Positions 36,253 through 46,089 of a DNA stretch of 64,000 bases are shown one piece after another. Where the stretch lies: the IMG/VR virus record IMGVR_UViG_3300021138_000004; one strand, written 5' to 3'. Positions within the stretch are counted from its first letter, which is position 1; every line of letters starts with the position of its first letter. The notes under the pieces were generated by a model that was given only the letters and a program-made list of their open reading frames with translations, was not told the origin of the DNA and did not search any database. The stretch is from a virus. Lineage: Duplodnaviria > Heunggongvirae > Uroviricota > Caudoviricetes. The position numbers and the translations under genes are program-made.

Positions 36253-36936
36253 ATGAGTACTGGAATGGTTACTGCTGAAGATTATAAGTTTTTTGATTTT
36301 CTTGCACCTTATCGATGGCCTAACAAGTCTAAAAAAGAAATTGCTCTTTATAGAGAATTAGTCGAACATGGCGATCTTCAAATCGAAACTCTTTTTGAGA
36401 ATGCGTTAGCTCAATCATCTAACGGTGCCTATAAACGGTTAGCTGAAGTAGGTAGAGACTTCTGCGACAATGGTGATGCTAAAAAAGCAGTAAGTCAATT
36501 TCGAAATAATAACATAGCAAAGCAGCACTGGACAAACAGTTGTGCAATTCGTGACGTTAAAAACAAGATTGGGCTGCTTCGAGTGATTTGTTATAGCAAA
36601 GAACAAGATCGATTCTATTTCTTTGCCATTCCTCATTCTGCCTACGCCGGGTTAACTGTGGTAGAAATTTCAATGGATCGATTTGTCGGGTATAAGGGAA
36701 CTCCTTTAGGAATTCCTAAAGGCAAATGGACAAAATTCCAGGTAGAGACTTTCGAAAGATTGGCTACCATTACTGAGGCAGAAGCAGAACAATTGGCCAC
36801 TAAATCAAATTCAGTATTTGATCTAAATGAGGTTAATGAAGTCTTGTCATCACCGGAGATCAATCTCGACAATTCTATTATATCAAAAGTATTGTCCGCT
36901 CTAAAGACCAAGCATGGCTTACAGATTATCCCTTAA
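36253..36936 (+). CDS. hypothetical protein (227 aa)
   Basis: ORF track; AAGGA RBS. Confidence 0.65.
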   Translation: MSTGMVTAEDYKFFDFLAPYRWPNKSKKEIALYRELVEHGDLQIETLFENALAQSSNGAYKRLAEVGRDFCDNGDAKKAVSQFRNNNIAKQHWTNSCAIRDVKNKIGLLRVICYSKEQDRFYFFAIPHSAYAGLTVVEISMDRFVGYKGTPLGIPKGKWTKFQVETFERLATITEAEAEQLATKSNSVFDLNEVNEVLSSPEINLDNSIISKVLSALKTKHGLQIIP

Positions 36937-37129
36937 TGGTGCAAATGGCACACACCAATGGTGGAATAATTTTCTGAATGCTCGCGGCAATGACGATTTG
37001 CTTACTGTAATGCTTGAAGAAGGTCTATGCCCGTTGTTCATGGAGGGACTAGATAACAACACTGTGGTACAGCATTTAGAGTTCAAATCAGATCAGCACC
37101 GCACTATGTTTATTCTGAGGTGGTCATGA
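36914..37129 (+). CDS. family member 12 (ends DQHRTMFILRWS)
   Basis: ORF track. Confidence 0.6.
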   Translation: MAYRLSLNGANGTHQWWNNFLNARGNDDLLTVMLEEGLCPLFMEGLDNNTVVQHLEFKSDQHRTMFILRWS

Positions 37130-37407
37130 GAGATATAGAAGATGAAATAGTCAAGGCCCTGGTATCATCTATAAAAGAAGAAATCGATCGTGAGATCCTT
37201 GAAGCATTAACAAGTTCGATGTCGAAATCCCTAACGATCAATAACTCTGGCAACATATTTCCGCAGGGATATTCTAAGCGAGAACTCGAAGAAATGATGG
37301 CTTGGTTAACCGAACATAGCGGAGTTGATGGATGGGCGTTCACAGGTCGAGTGTTTCACATCAGAGATCCAAAAGTTAAGATTATGTTTATATTGAGGTG
37401 GTCATGA
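37120..37407 (+). CDS. family member 13 (ends DPKVKIMFILRWS)
   Basis: ORF track. Confidence 0.6.
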   Translation: MVMRDIEDEIVKALVSSIKEEIDREILEALTSSMSKSLTINNSGNIFPQGYSKRELEEMMAWLTEHSGVDGWAFTGRVFHIRDPKVKIMFILRWS

Positions 37408-37700
37408 GAATCTACGACAAAACCATAATAGAATTTGTCAACGATCGGCAGAAGTATCCAGGACAACTTGACCCGGCAACTTTTGAAAACATAGGCCCTA
37501 CTGAAGACGAAATCAAATGGCACCCTTATCCTGCAGATGGTCCTGAGAGAGATATATTCGCCCTAGGAAAATGGCTACACGAACACAACGTCGCCGATTG
37601 GTGGTGGAAAGACCGAGCACCTGATCGGATGGTTCATCGTTATACATTATTTTTTAAGAATGAACGAGATCGTACTATGTTTGCGTTAGTATGGCCTTGA
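37398..37700 (+). CDS. family member 14 (ends ERDRTMFALVWP)
   Basis: ORF track. Confidence 0.6.
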   Translation: MVMRIYDKTIIEFVNDRQKYPGQLDPATFENIGPTEDEIKWHPYPADGPERDIFALGKWLHEHNVADWWWKDRAPDRMVHRYTLFFKNERDRTMFALVWP

Positions 37701-37751
37701 CACAGTAGTTGATTAATAATATAATAAACTATCTTTAAATCAGGAGCTCCT

Positions 37752-38075
37752 ATGGAACTGTTTTTCTTACTGCTTTTTGGTCACGCACTTGCTGACTATC
37801 CCCTACAAGGTGAATATCTTTCTCAATCGAAAAATCCCAACAGTCCGCTAGGCGCCAACGGCGTGTGGCTGCATAGTCTAATAGCCCACAGTATTATTCA
37901 TGGTGGCACTGTGTTCTTAATCACAGGCTCATTTATATTGGCCATTGCTGAAACAATCGTTCACGGCATTACTGATTACTGTAAATCCGTGGGTAAAATT
38001 AGCTACAATGTTGACCAAGCAATTCATGTTGCTTGTAAAGCATTGTGGGCAATTATTATCCTTGCTGTTCAATAG
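37752..38075 (+). CDS. membrane protein, DUF3307-like (HALADYPLQ motif)
   Basis: ORF track; N-terminal LLFGHALADYPLQ and multiple TM segments. Confidence 0.55.
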   Translation: MELFFLLLFGHALADYPLQGEYLSQSKNPNSPLGANGVWLHSLIAHSIIHGGTVFLITGSFILAIAETIVHGITDYCKSVGKISYNVDQAIHVACKALWAIIILAVQ

Positions 38076-38083
38076 GAGGTTTT

Positions 38084-38275
38084 ATGAACGAATATAACAA
38101 GATGCCGTTTCAGTCTTTTTCCTTCTCATATACTGTACCAGGATATTCTGCTCCGAAGGTACGGTCAGTGGACGACACTATTGCACTCTATGATACTTTT
38201 GATAGAGTGCTCGAAGTTGCCGAGTCATTTCCTCTAGCTGAAGAAATGCTAGCAGCGATCGGAATTAAAGAATGA
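38084..38275 (+). CDS. hypothetical protein (63 aa, start MNEYNK)
   Basis: ORF track 38045..38275 trimmed to ATG after AGGAGG RBS. Confidence 0.55.
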   Translation: MNEYNKMPFQSFSFSYTVPGYSAPKVRSVDDTIALYDTFDRVLEVAESFPLAEEMLAAIGIKE

Positions 38276-38463
38276 GCGGACCTGGAATTATTATGACCGA
38301 ACCGGCACAGATGTGCGAACTCTGTGGTGTAGTTGAAGAGTGCAGGCCTTATGGTCCAAATGGTGAACAGATTTGTTTCGATTGCGGACAGAAGGATAAA
38401 GAAACCACTGAAAAAAGGATGGCTGCATATTTGTTCGGAGTCAATATTAATGAAGATGGATAA
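38272..38463 (+). CDS. Cys-rich zinc-ribbon-like small protein
   Basis: CELCG...CFDCG paired CxxC motifs. Confidence 0.55.
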   Translation: MSGPGIIMTEPAQMCELCGVVEECRPYGPNGEQICFDCGQKDKETTEKRMAAYLFGVNINEDG

Positions 38464-38500
38464 AGATAATAAATAAGATATAGAATTAGGAACTACCTTT

Positions 38501-39775
38501 ATGAACTCAGATGTTAATGATATTGCTAGAATCAAGAACTTTTTAGACGAATTAATGGAATGCGAACTGTTAGCAGAAAGCAGCACATTGATGCGTCAGT
38601 TCGGTAATGATTTTGCAGCTCAAATGTTGATCAAAGAATTGCACAAGCAACATAAGATCAGCGATAGCGCAAATATTGAAGCACATCCGATGAGCCAAAA
38701 GAATTATTCAGCAGATTTTAAGCAACATCCAGATAACTTACTAATTGTACAATGTACAAAAGGATGGGCAGCAGTAGTTCCTAATAAAAATTTTATGATG
38801 ACTAAATGGAATTGGGATTTTGCCAAAGGTACTCCTCCAACTCCACGCAGCGGACACGGTGGAAAGCCTGCAGAAACTAATGATCTTCCCTTCCAGATCT
38901 TTTATGTAAAGAATGCATATCAACCAAGTCCTATCGATACAACTGGTAAGCCTTTTGAACCTCGTCCTGGCAGCGATCAGCGAGGAGTTACCCGACAGGA
39001 CAAACTTCAAGGTCCGATTGAAAAGCATCGCATGGGAAGTCGCTCGAAGATCGGTCCCTCTGGTGCCCAGCTCAAACAGCAAAAAGCAGAAGCACCTAAA
39101 ATTCAAGTGCAGACTGTTTCAAATGACCGTATGGGTAAAATCGGATCATTTGACATGCGAAACCCGGGTAACATTTTAAACTTTATTAGATTTGATATTT
39201 TCGGTACACCAACTGGTGACCCTTACCTGAATAAATCAGGTGAAGTGGTCACTGACGCAAATGGTAGACATAGAAAAGAAGAACCCGATAATGTTGTGCA
39301 GATTTGGAGAGTAGAAGGACGCGAAGATCCAGAAAGCTTTGATGTTCCACCAGAAATGCGCATGGGTCAACATGGAAAAGAAATTGCTCCAAGCGGTGCA
39401 AGCGTTGAGCGTTCGAAGATTATGGCACGCCGACCAGGCGAAGAGTTACACCCAGACGATAGAGAAAAGATCAATCTCGATAAACGAGTAACTGCTGTAG
39501 CTACTAGAGTTTCGAGAATTGTTCCATTAATTGCTAGAACAATGAGAATTGACGCAAGAAGAGCAGGAGCAGATCGCGAAGTATTGAATAGAGCCGCTGA
39601 AATTGTTTCTCTCGATCCTCAAGAAATTGCTGCCAAGACTACAAAATATCTTAGTAATTATCTAGGCACCGGCGGCGATATTGAGTCGCTTGAAAAGGGT
39701 GATCTCACTCCATTTATTGATAGCATTAAATCTCAAATGGCTCGTGAGATTGGGTTCAAAATTACGAAAATTTAA
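38501..39775 (+). CDS. hypothetical protein (424 aa), convergent with the MoxR/vWA operon
   Basis: ORF track; 3' end overlaps the 3' end of 39762..40508. Confidence 0.65.
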   Translation: MNSDVNDIARIKNFLDELMECELLAESSTLMRQFGNDFAAQMLIKELHKQHKISDSANIEAHPMSQKNYSADFKQHPDNLLIVQCTKGWAAVVPNKNFMMTKWNWDFAKGTPPTPRSGHGGKPAETNDLPFQIFYVKNAYQPSPIDTTGKPFEPRPGSDQRGVTRQDKLQGPIEKHRMGSRSKIGPSGAQLKQQKAEAPKIQVQTVSNDRMGKIGSFDMRNPGNILNFIRFDIFGTPTGDPYLNKSGEVVTDANGRHRKEEPDNVVQIWRVEGREDPESFDVPPEMRMGQHGKEIAPSGASVERSKIMARRPGEELHPDDREKINLDKRVTAVATRVSRIVPLIARTMRIDARRAGADREVLNRAAEIVSLDPQEIAAKTTKYLSNYLGTGGDIESLEKGDLTPFIDSIKSQMAREIGFKITKI

Positions 39776-40508
39776 AGTTTTTACCGCCGACGTGCTGATC
39801 TCTGAGCTTCTGGGTGAGCTTGATGGTGTTACCTAGTCCCTTACCACGAAATTCATGAAAGATCTTTTCGATACCTCTATTAGAACCTGTGAATCTTACC
39901 TTAAATTTATGATATCCGTCGAGTCCATTAATTAAAGCCAACTTTACTAATGGCAGATTGCTACTGTATTCTAGCATGACTTTTCCGGGATTCGGAGTAG
40001 GTTCTAACAGATTTGAAATATCTTCAAGATTGGGACAATTATCTAGATTAAGTACAGTGAATCCACCGTCATTTGAAAAACCACGAGTGCTCATTAGTGA
40101 TTGATTATTTTCAAAAATATAGTCCTTTGCTCCGACAGGACATCCTTCGAGGTCAGTTATCTTGCTACCGTCAACTACTAACGATTCTCGAATTTTACAG
40201 TGTTCTAATCCTTTTAATGATGTTAATTTTTGGGCTTCGAATATTGTGAGGCCTTCGACCATGAGTGGAAAATTTTTAAAATTAGTAATGCCAGTGCCAT
40301 CTAATGCAAATTGTCCTGAAACTTTTAAAATGTTAACAGGAAGACTTTCGAGTTTTTCCCACTCTCTTTCTTTTGAATTATTAAGCAGATTTCCTACAAC
40401 AACTACGCCTAAGGGATCTGAAAAATCTGCGTGGCCGCCCTTGACTGTGAAATATTTGTTAAAGGTAGGTTCGTTTGTGCTTTCGGTAAGCAAGTTTTTA
40501 AGTTTCAT
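39762..40508 (-). CDS. LRR-like repeat protein (248 aa)
   Basis: repeated LxxLxGLEhCxI-type units (LTSLKGLEHCKIRESL, ITDLEGCPVGAKDYIF, LNLDNCPNLEDISNL). Confidence 0.55.
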   Translation of the reverse strand: MKLKNLLTESTNEPTFNKYFTVKGGHADFSDPLGVVVVGNLLNNSKEREWEKLESLPVNILKVSGQFALDGTGITNFKNFPLMVEGLTIFEAQKLTSLKGLEHCKIRESLVVDGSKITDLEGCPVGAKDYIFENNQSLMSTRGFSNDGGFTVLNLDNCPNLEDISNLLEPTPNPGKVMLEYSSNLPLVKLALINGLDGYHKFKVRFTGSNRGIEKIFHEFRGKGLGNTIKLTQKLRDQHVGGKNFKFS

Positions 40509-40523
40509 TTTAAATCCTTAAAT

Positions 40524-41615
40524 TCACCATTGAGTTTTCGATTCATCGGGGAAATGTGATATCCAATCATATTTAACACCTAACTGTTTGATCACATATT
40601 CGTATGATCTTTTGTCTGCTAATAGCGTAAAAAATCTTCCGCTACCTGAACTTGCATTCTTAGCAAGACGTTTTAGATTATCTAAGTTATGACCTGCAAC
40701 ATCACTGTCTGTAACTAGGATGACATTGTACTCTTTACTCAATACCGAAGTAGCAGCAGACGTAACTTCGTCGGGCAGTTCATTATACCCGTTACTGCCG
40801 ATGCTAAAGAATTGAGATAGCGGATATGTGCCAGTAGATGGTACTGGTTTTTCTGCACCTTCGAAATTAGTAGTTGGCCAAAATCTATTATTATCGAGAT
40901 CTAGAGCAAAATATCTAGGCTCCCCGCCTGTTAGCACAACACTTACAATACCAGCAACTCCATCATTTAGTGATTCCAAAAGATTCTTCACATTGGACAT
41001 AGTAGTTTTAATTTTGCTGATCATGCTTCCTGAGCTATCTAGGATGAATGCTAATTTAACTGCGTTTTCTGTGGCTTTTTCACCAGGTTTTAATGCGCCA
41101 GCGCCTAGTTCGGCTGCTGCTGCAACACTGGCGCCTGCTCTTTTATTGATCTTAGACCATGATGGGTCAAAGTTCTTTTCAGTTTCTGCAAATTGTTCCA
41201 GGATAGATTCCCAACTGTAGGTAGGTTTAGGAATTTTACCGATATCTCTGAGTCCCATATCTGGTGTATCTTTAGTGCTAGAAGTGTTTATCTCTCCGTC
41301 ACCGTTATCTACCCCGCCCTCTCGATCGGATCCTTGACCCTTTCTCTTGCTAAGAATGTCGTCAATATCTTTTTTTGTTCTAGTTACAGTATCGCGGTCT
41401 TTATCTCTGCTATCAGATTTTTCGTTCCCCGGCTTACCTGGCTGTGGTTGTCCCTGCCCCGGCTTACCTGGCTGTGGTTGTCCCTGCCCCGGCTTACCTG
41501 GCTGTGGTTGTCCCTGCCCCGGCTGTGGTTGATTTTTTTGTCCTTGATCGCCTTGCTGGTTAGCATCTTGCTTTTTACGAAAGGTACCTTTGTTCCAAGT
41601 TTCAGTATTGGTCAT
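40524..41615 (-). CDS. von Willebrand factor A (vWA) domain protein with N-terminal PGQGQPQ repeats
   Basis: MIDAS motif LAFILDSSGSM (DxSxS); 3 perfect 30-bp repeats encoding PGKPGQGQPQ. Confidence 0.7.
   Translation of the reverse strand: MTNTETWNKGTFRKKQDANQQGDQGQKNQPQPGQGQPQPGKPGQGQPQPGKPGQGQPQPGKPGNEKSDSRDKDRDTVTRTKKDIDDILSKRKGQGSDREGGVDNGDGEINTSSTKDTPDMGLRDIGKIPKPTYSWESILEQFAETEKNFDPSWSKINKRAGASVAAAAELGAGALKPGEKATENAVKLAFILDSSGSMISKIKTTMSNVKNLLESLNDGVAGIVSVVLTGGEPRYFALDLDNNRFWPTTNFEGAEKPVPSTGTYPLSQFFSIGSNGYNELPDEVTSAATSVLSKEYNVILVTDSDVAGHNLDNLKRLAKNASSGSGRFFTLLADKRSYEYVIKQLGVKYDWISHFPDESKTQW
41427..41531. repeat. perfect tandem repeat 3.5 x 30 bp (ccccggcttacctggctgtggttgtccctg) inside the vWA gene
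   Basis: seen directly. Confidence 0.8.
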
Positions 41616-42876
41616 TGTCGTCCTCTAAGTCGTCTAAATCGGAATTATCAAGGTCGTTGTCTGTAGGTGGAATTTGCTTATTAACTACTGGCGGCGCACG
41701 GTTAATTGCAGGATGCGGCGCTGCTGTTGGAGCATCGATCTGCACCTCTACCGAGCCGTCGTTGTTAATTTTAGTAACAATTCCTTCTTTGCCGGCACTG
41801 TTCACAACTCGATCTCCTACTGCAATCTCTTCGCCGTTTCCGTCGTTTTGATCATCATTTTGATCGTTTTGATCATCGTTTTGATCGTTTTGATCATCAT
41901 TTTGGTCGTTCCAGTCATTATCGTCATCGTCGATTATAGGATCATTATGTACATCTGCTTGTGTTACTTGTTCTAACCAATCAAGTAATTGTGTATCATT
42001 AATTTTTCTAAGCTCTTCGCTGACGGTTTTAATAAGTTTATCATAAGACGGAGTTTCTGGTCTATCAAAATTGAGATCGTCGCTGAATAATCCCATAGGT
42101 AATTGTTCATATCCTGATTTAACCAGCGAATAATTAATTCTAAAATCTTGTGCCCAATTATGTGCCATGTGATCGTATTTGTCAAATCTACGACTGGTAC
42201 TGAAGTCACCTTCAATGAAATGCATAAGTTCATGCAGGATTAAGAATTCGATGTATGCATAACCATTAGGAAATGGTCCACCGTTGGCCTCGTATTTTTC
42301 ACCTTTTGGTTTTAGATCTACGACTTTTGCGTAGTACAGAAGTTGCTGCATAAAATTACGATTGAATATAAATGTTGCATTGGGTGTAGCAGCAGCCGTA
42401 GGAATCTCACCATATTCGTGTCCGGGATTAGGATCATTTGATGAAACTAACAGAGTTTTCGTCCCACTGTATCGCTTGAGAGAACCGGGTTCTCTCAATA
42501 ATAGCATGGCTTGGGGATGCTCTCTTTCTATTTCCTTGATTAACATTTTGAAATCGATATCTTCAAATTCGACATCACTTAAATCTAGTGAACCCATCTT
42601 TGCAGATTCTTGTATATGGTTAAATGCTGCATTTTCTGCGATATTTTTTACAAGAGTATCATATAATTTAGGACTAGTTTTCTGTAAAGCTGCAAATTCT
42701 TGAGAATATTTTTCCATACTTTTTATGATTATCTGTGCAGGGACTTTGGTCCTTCTAGACAGATCAGCGACAACACTTTGGATATGTGGATCATTCATTG
42801 CAGATGACTTAAAAGGGACTTCTCCCTTTTCTGATCGAGTTCTAACGAATGCTTCTAAAAGTTCTTTAATTCTCAT
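41602..42876 (-). CDS. zincin-like metallopeptidase motif protein (HExxH) with acidic DNDQ repeat tail
   Basis: ILHELMHFIEGDF; C-terminal DQNDDQNDQNDDQNDQNDD encoded by 21-bp repeats about 41844-41910. Confidence 0.6.
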   Translation of the reverse strand: MRIKELLEAFVRTRSEKGEVPFKSSAMNDPHIQSVVADLSRRTKVPAQIIIKSMEKYSQEFAALQKTSPKLYDTLVKNIAENAAFNHIQESAKMGSLDLSDVEFEDIDFKMLIKEIEREHPQAMLLLREPGSLKRYSGTKTLLVSSNDPNPGHEYGEIPTAAATPNATFIFNRNFMQQLLYYAKVVDLKPKGEKYEANGGPFPNGYAYIEFLILHELMHFIEGDFSTSRRFDKYDHMAHNWAQDFRINYSLVKSGYEQLPMGLFSDDLNFDRPETPSYDKLIKTVSEELRKINDTQLLDWLEQVTQADVHNDPIIDDDDNDWNDQNDDQNDQNDDQNDQNDDQNDGNGEEIAVGDRVVNSAGKEGIVTKINNDGSVEVQIDAPTAAPHPAINRAPPVVNKQIPPTDNDLDNSDLDDLEDDNDQY

Positions 42877-42889
42877 CGATCAGTTCCAA

Positions 42890-45748
42890 TTACGAAAGTA
42901 TGTCCATCAACTTGATATATTGATTAGACATTTCTTTGGCTATTTTATCAAGATTTATTTCGGCGTTATCTGAATCCCATTCGTTGGCAAACGCTTCCAT
43001 AGCCCTATCGAGTATAATACTTATAGTTCGGCTCATTGGGAGATAGTTATCTCTTTCAAGTCTGGCTTGTTCGATGGCATCGTGCATAGTTTGGATTATC
43101 CATTCAAACGATCCGACGTTATTACTAAAAAAGAAGTCTTTGCATTCGGGATAATCGATTCGTCGACCGCCTTCGTCGAGGAAGGGTTTGACTTGGTTGT
43201 TAACAAATGCGTAGAAATCTTCATCGAACTCTGCTCTAGTAGTGTTTGACATGTAATCGTAGAAATCTTCATTTCTAGCAAGCGGCTTGGCACTTGAATT
43301 GCTAGATAGTTCCTTGATGTATTTGTTAATGATTTCACCGAATCCGCCAACTGGTTGAGCAATGTTTTCGACAAATTTAAAGCTGACTTGATCACGAATG
43401 ATTTTTGCTAGTAATTGCCAGAAATTCTCACTGGCTTCCATGCTCTTGGTATATTGATACCAATCGAGATGCTGCCTAAACATGTCTAGTGCAATATCGG
43501 TGATTTCTTCGACGATCTCAGTCTGTTCAAGATGCTCGCCTTGATCTAGTCTAGATCGCAATTGATCCATAGTCATGTCAATTTGCACAACTAAGTCTTC
43601 AAATAGATTATCATAGTCTCTTGGATTGAAGTACAGCTCAGCATCTCCATCTCCAACAGTAATGCGGAATTGTTTTTGTAGAGCATTGGACTTTTTCTTT
43701 TTAGTATCTTGCTCTTCTAACCCCATTGAATCACCGAACGATTTGATAACATTGATCGAAGTATCAACGGCATCGTCACTAAACTCCTCGCGGAGGTTTT
43801 GTGCCCGCATTTCTAGGAAGTTTATAGTTGCATTCCAATCTGGTTCGGCATGGATAACATCAACAGCATCTTTGAAGTGCTGTGTCATTTGAATAACGCC
43901 TGCGTCTTCTGGATTCATTGCACCTAAACACAGTATATCATCGGGCAATCGAAATTGATGATTAAATTCTTTTTCTAGAATTAATCGACGAAACGCATTA
44001 AACACTGTAACAGTCTTAACTCGATTGATTTCGTCGAAGAACAGCACAAACCGATAACCAGGTGTTCCATCCGGGCGAGGCGGCTTGTTCCACCATTCAT
44101 CGAATACTTCCCTAGCAGTTCTTCCGCCTAGCTCTCCTTGTGCTTCTAGACGTTGCAATCGATCACCGTAATCTCTAGTAGCTTGCTGCATATCCGCTAA
44201 TATGCGAGATAAAAGTTCTGGCTTTGAAAATTGTGTTTCTCTACCGTGTGGTCCCATTTTGCTTACCGGTAAACCTGTAACAGAGTCTGCACTAAATTCT
44301 GGACAGTCTAATGACAAGAATCTCATATTATATGGTTCTTGTTCAAACATTTTACCAATTTGGGTTTTACCAATACCTGGCTCACCTGAGATGACTGGAA
44401 CATATTTCTTATCCTTGCCAATTTTATCTTGTAACATGATTTCATTGACAACTAGTTCACGCCAATTAGTATTAGCAACTCGTCTAACTTTGCTGTAGTT
44501 GATTCCGGATTTAGCAGACAGTGTTTTGATAATGTTCTTTAAAAGATCACGAACATCAGTTAACTCTTCTGGGACGTCTTTTTCTTTATTTTCAAGCTGC
44601 ATCATTAATACAGTTTCTAAATTGCTAACAGTTTTTTCATCTTCAAAGGGGTAGATAGCATTGATCTTGGCAATAATGTCTGACCATCTGCGCGGACTTA
44701 CACGCATTTCATCTGCGCCCCTGTCTTCCCCACGCTGTCGTTGCAAAACTTCGTCTTTTAGGTTAATTACGAACGCATCGAGTACGTCTTTCTTTAATGG
44801 TTGTCCAGAACGATTAAGGGTAGAAATAACATTGTTTAACCAAATATTTACAGTAGGCGCCTGATACTTGATTAAATTAAAGGTAGCGTGTTTAGAAGCT
44901 GCTCTATCAATGCCCTTGTCATACAAGTTAGTTGCATAGGTAGTGTAAGTTCCTTGAGGTAATTCTTGGTTACCTAATCTACCGTTTAAGATTGCACGCA
45001 AACTGTTTCGAATGGCATTAGATGTCTTTCTTGAAAATTCGTCTAAGAATAATATCCTTTGATATCTTGATCTAATTAAATCGATCTTACCGGGAAAGTG
45101 TTTCTCAATAGCTTGAAAATAATCCTGGGTAGACTGAGGTAAGCTAGCAATGTGAGCAGCAAATTGATTGTCTGGAACATGCGTTAATTTATCTAATTCG
45201 GAAATAAGGTGAGAGCGAGCTAGTTCGACTTCGTATTGTTTTCCTTGATCGTCAACTCCGTCACCGTCAGTATCTACCAATTCGATTTTTTCACTACTGT
45301 AAGTTTTTTGACCATTAGGAGTTTCGACAACAAATGGAATATCAATGATATGTTCTTCTAGTGTATGGGGAACTTCCATAATAACAACTGGAAGGCCTAG
45401 AATATTCGTAATTTCTTTAACAAAACTGGTTTTACTGATACCAGTGTCGCCACCCCATAGGATTCTTTTAGTGGTGTTCGGCTTGAGCATGTTCCCTGCG
45501 ATGTATTGGAACATTCTTAACTTGGGACCATAGTCGATATTAAATGGTGCTTTAGTAACTGGTGATACGTCAGCTGTATTTGGTCTCGCTTTAGGTTTAG
45601 CTGGTTGCTGAGGAGCATTACCCTGCGGTTCAACGGGCTGTGTAGCAGTTGATTGTTGATCGGAATAAGTGTTCGGATCTAGGTCTGCGTCATCTTGTTC
45701 AAAGATTCTTCGTTTAGGTGATTTCTTAATAGACACTTTTATTCCCAA
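42890..45748 (-). CDS. large double AAA+ ATPase, MoxR-like (952 aa)
   Basis: two modules: GGDTGISKTS + LFLDEFSR and GEPGIGKTQ + LFFDEINR (the DEINR-type Walker B/sensor typical of the MoxR/RavA family). Confidence 0.7.
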   Translation of the reverse strand: MGIKVSIKKSPKRRIFEQDDADLDPNTYSDQQSTATQPVEPQGNAPQQPAKPKARPNTADVSPVTKAPFNIDYGPKLRMFQYIAGNMLKPNTTKRILWGGDTGISKTSFVKEITNILGLPVVIMEVPHTLEEHIIDIPFVVETPNGQKTYSSEKIELVDTDGDGVDDQGKQYEVELARSHLISELDKLTHVPDNQFAAHIASLPQSTQDYFQAIEKHFPGKIDLIRSRYQRILFLDEFSRKTSNAIRNSLRAILNGRLGNQELPQGTYTTYATNLYDKGIDRAASKHATFNLIKYQAPTVNIWLNNVISTLNRSGQPLKKDVLDAFVINLKDEVLQRQRGEDRGADEMRVSPRRWSDIIAKINAIYPFEDEKTVSNLETVLMMQLENKEKDVPEELTDVRDLLKNIIKTLSAKSGINYSKVRRVANTNWRELVVNEIMLQDKIGKDKKYVPVISGEPGIGKTQIGKMFEQEPYNMRFLSLDCPEFSADSVTGLPVSKMGPHGRETQFSKPELLSRILADMQQATRDYGDRLQRLEAQGELGGRTAREVFDEWWNKPPRPDGTPGYRFVLFFDEINRVKTVTVFNAFRRLILEKEFNHQFRLPDDILCLGAMNPEDAGVIQMTQHFKDAVDVIHAEPDWNATINFLEMRAQNLREEFSDDAVDTSINVIKSFGDSMGLEEQDTKKKKSNALQKQFRITVGDGDAELYFNPRDYDNLFEDLVVQIDMTMDQLRSRLDQGEHLEQTEIVEEITDIALDMFRQHLDWYQYTKSMEASENFWQLLAKIIRDQVSFKFVENIAQPVGGFGEIINKYIKELSSNSSAKPLARNEDFYDYMSNTTRAEFDEDFYAFVNNQVKPFLDEGGRRIDYPECKDFFFSNNVGSFEWIIQTMHDAIEQARLERDNYLPMSRTISIILDRAMEAFANEWDSDNAEINLDKIAKEMSNQYIKLMDILS

Positions 45749-46074
45749 TTAACTAACTTATCGTATGCACGAGGATTTGATTTTTTTAAATCTCGTACCC
45801 ATTCTACGGTTTCCGGAGTTGCGTTGTGTGCTAACGGGCCTAGGTTAATTTTATCATCGAGTGCGTCAAATGCCGTTTTCTGTTCTCGATCGACGATGTC
45901 GAACCTGCCACCCATTCGTTCATAGACCATCTGCATCATTCCTAAGTTTGACTTATCTGTAAATGTATTTTTAACACGTCGCCAAAGTTTGAGATTTTCG
46001 GGTATAATACGTTGGGTTGGTTGAACAGCAGCTTGGCATTCTTTCAGCGTTAATTTTGTCATAGAAGTATTCAC
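45739..46074 (-). CDS. hypothetical protein, first gene of the MoxR/vWA operon
   Basis: ORF track; overlaps the AAA+ gene start; promoter 46090..46118. Confidence 0.55.
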   Translation of the reverse strand: MNTSMTKLTLKECQAAVQPTQRIIPENLKLWRRVKNTFTDKSNLGMMQMVYERMGGRFDIVDREQKTAFDALDDKINLGPLAHNATPETVEWVRDLKKSNPRAYDKLVNWE

Positions 46075-46089
46075 CTTAAAATGATATGT

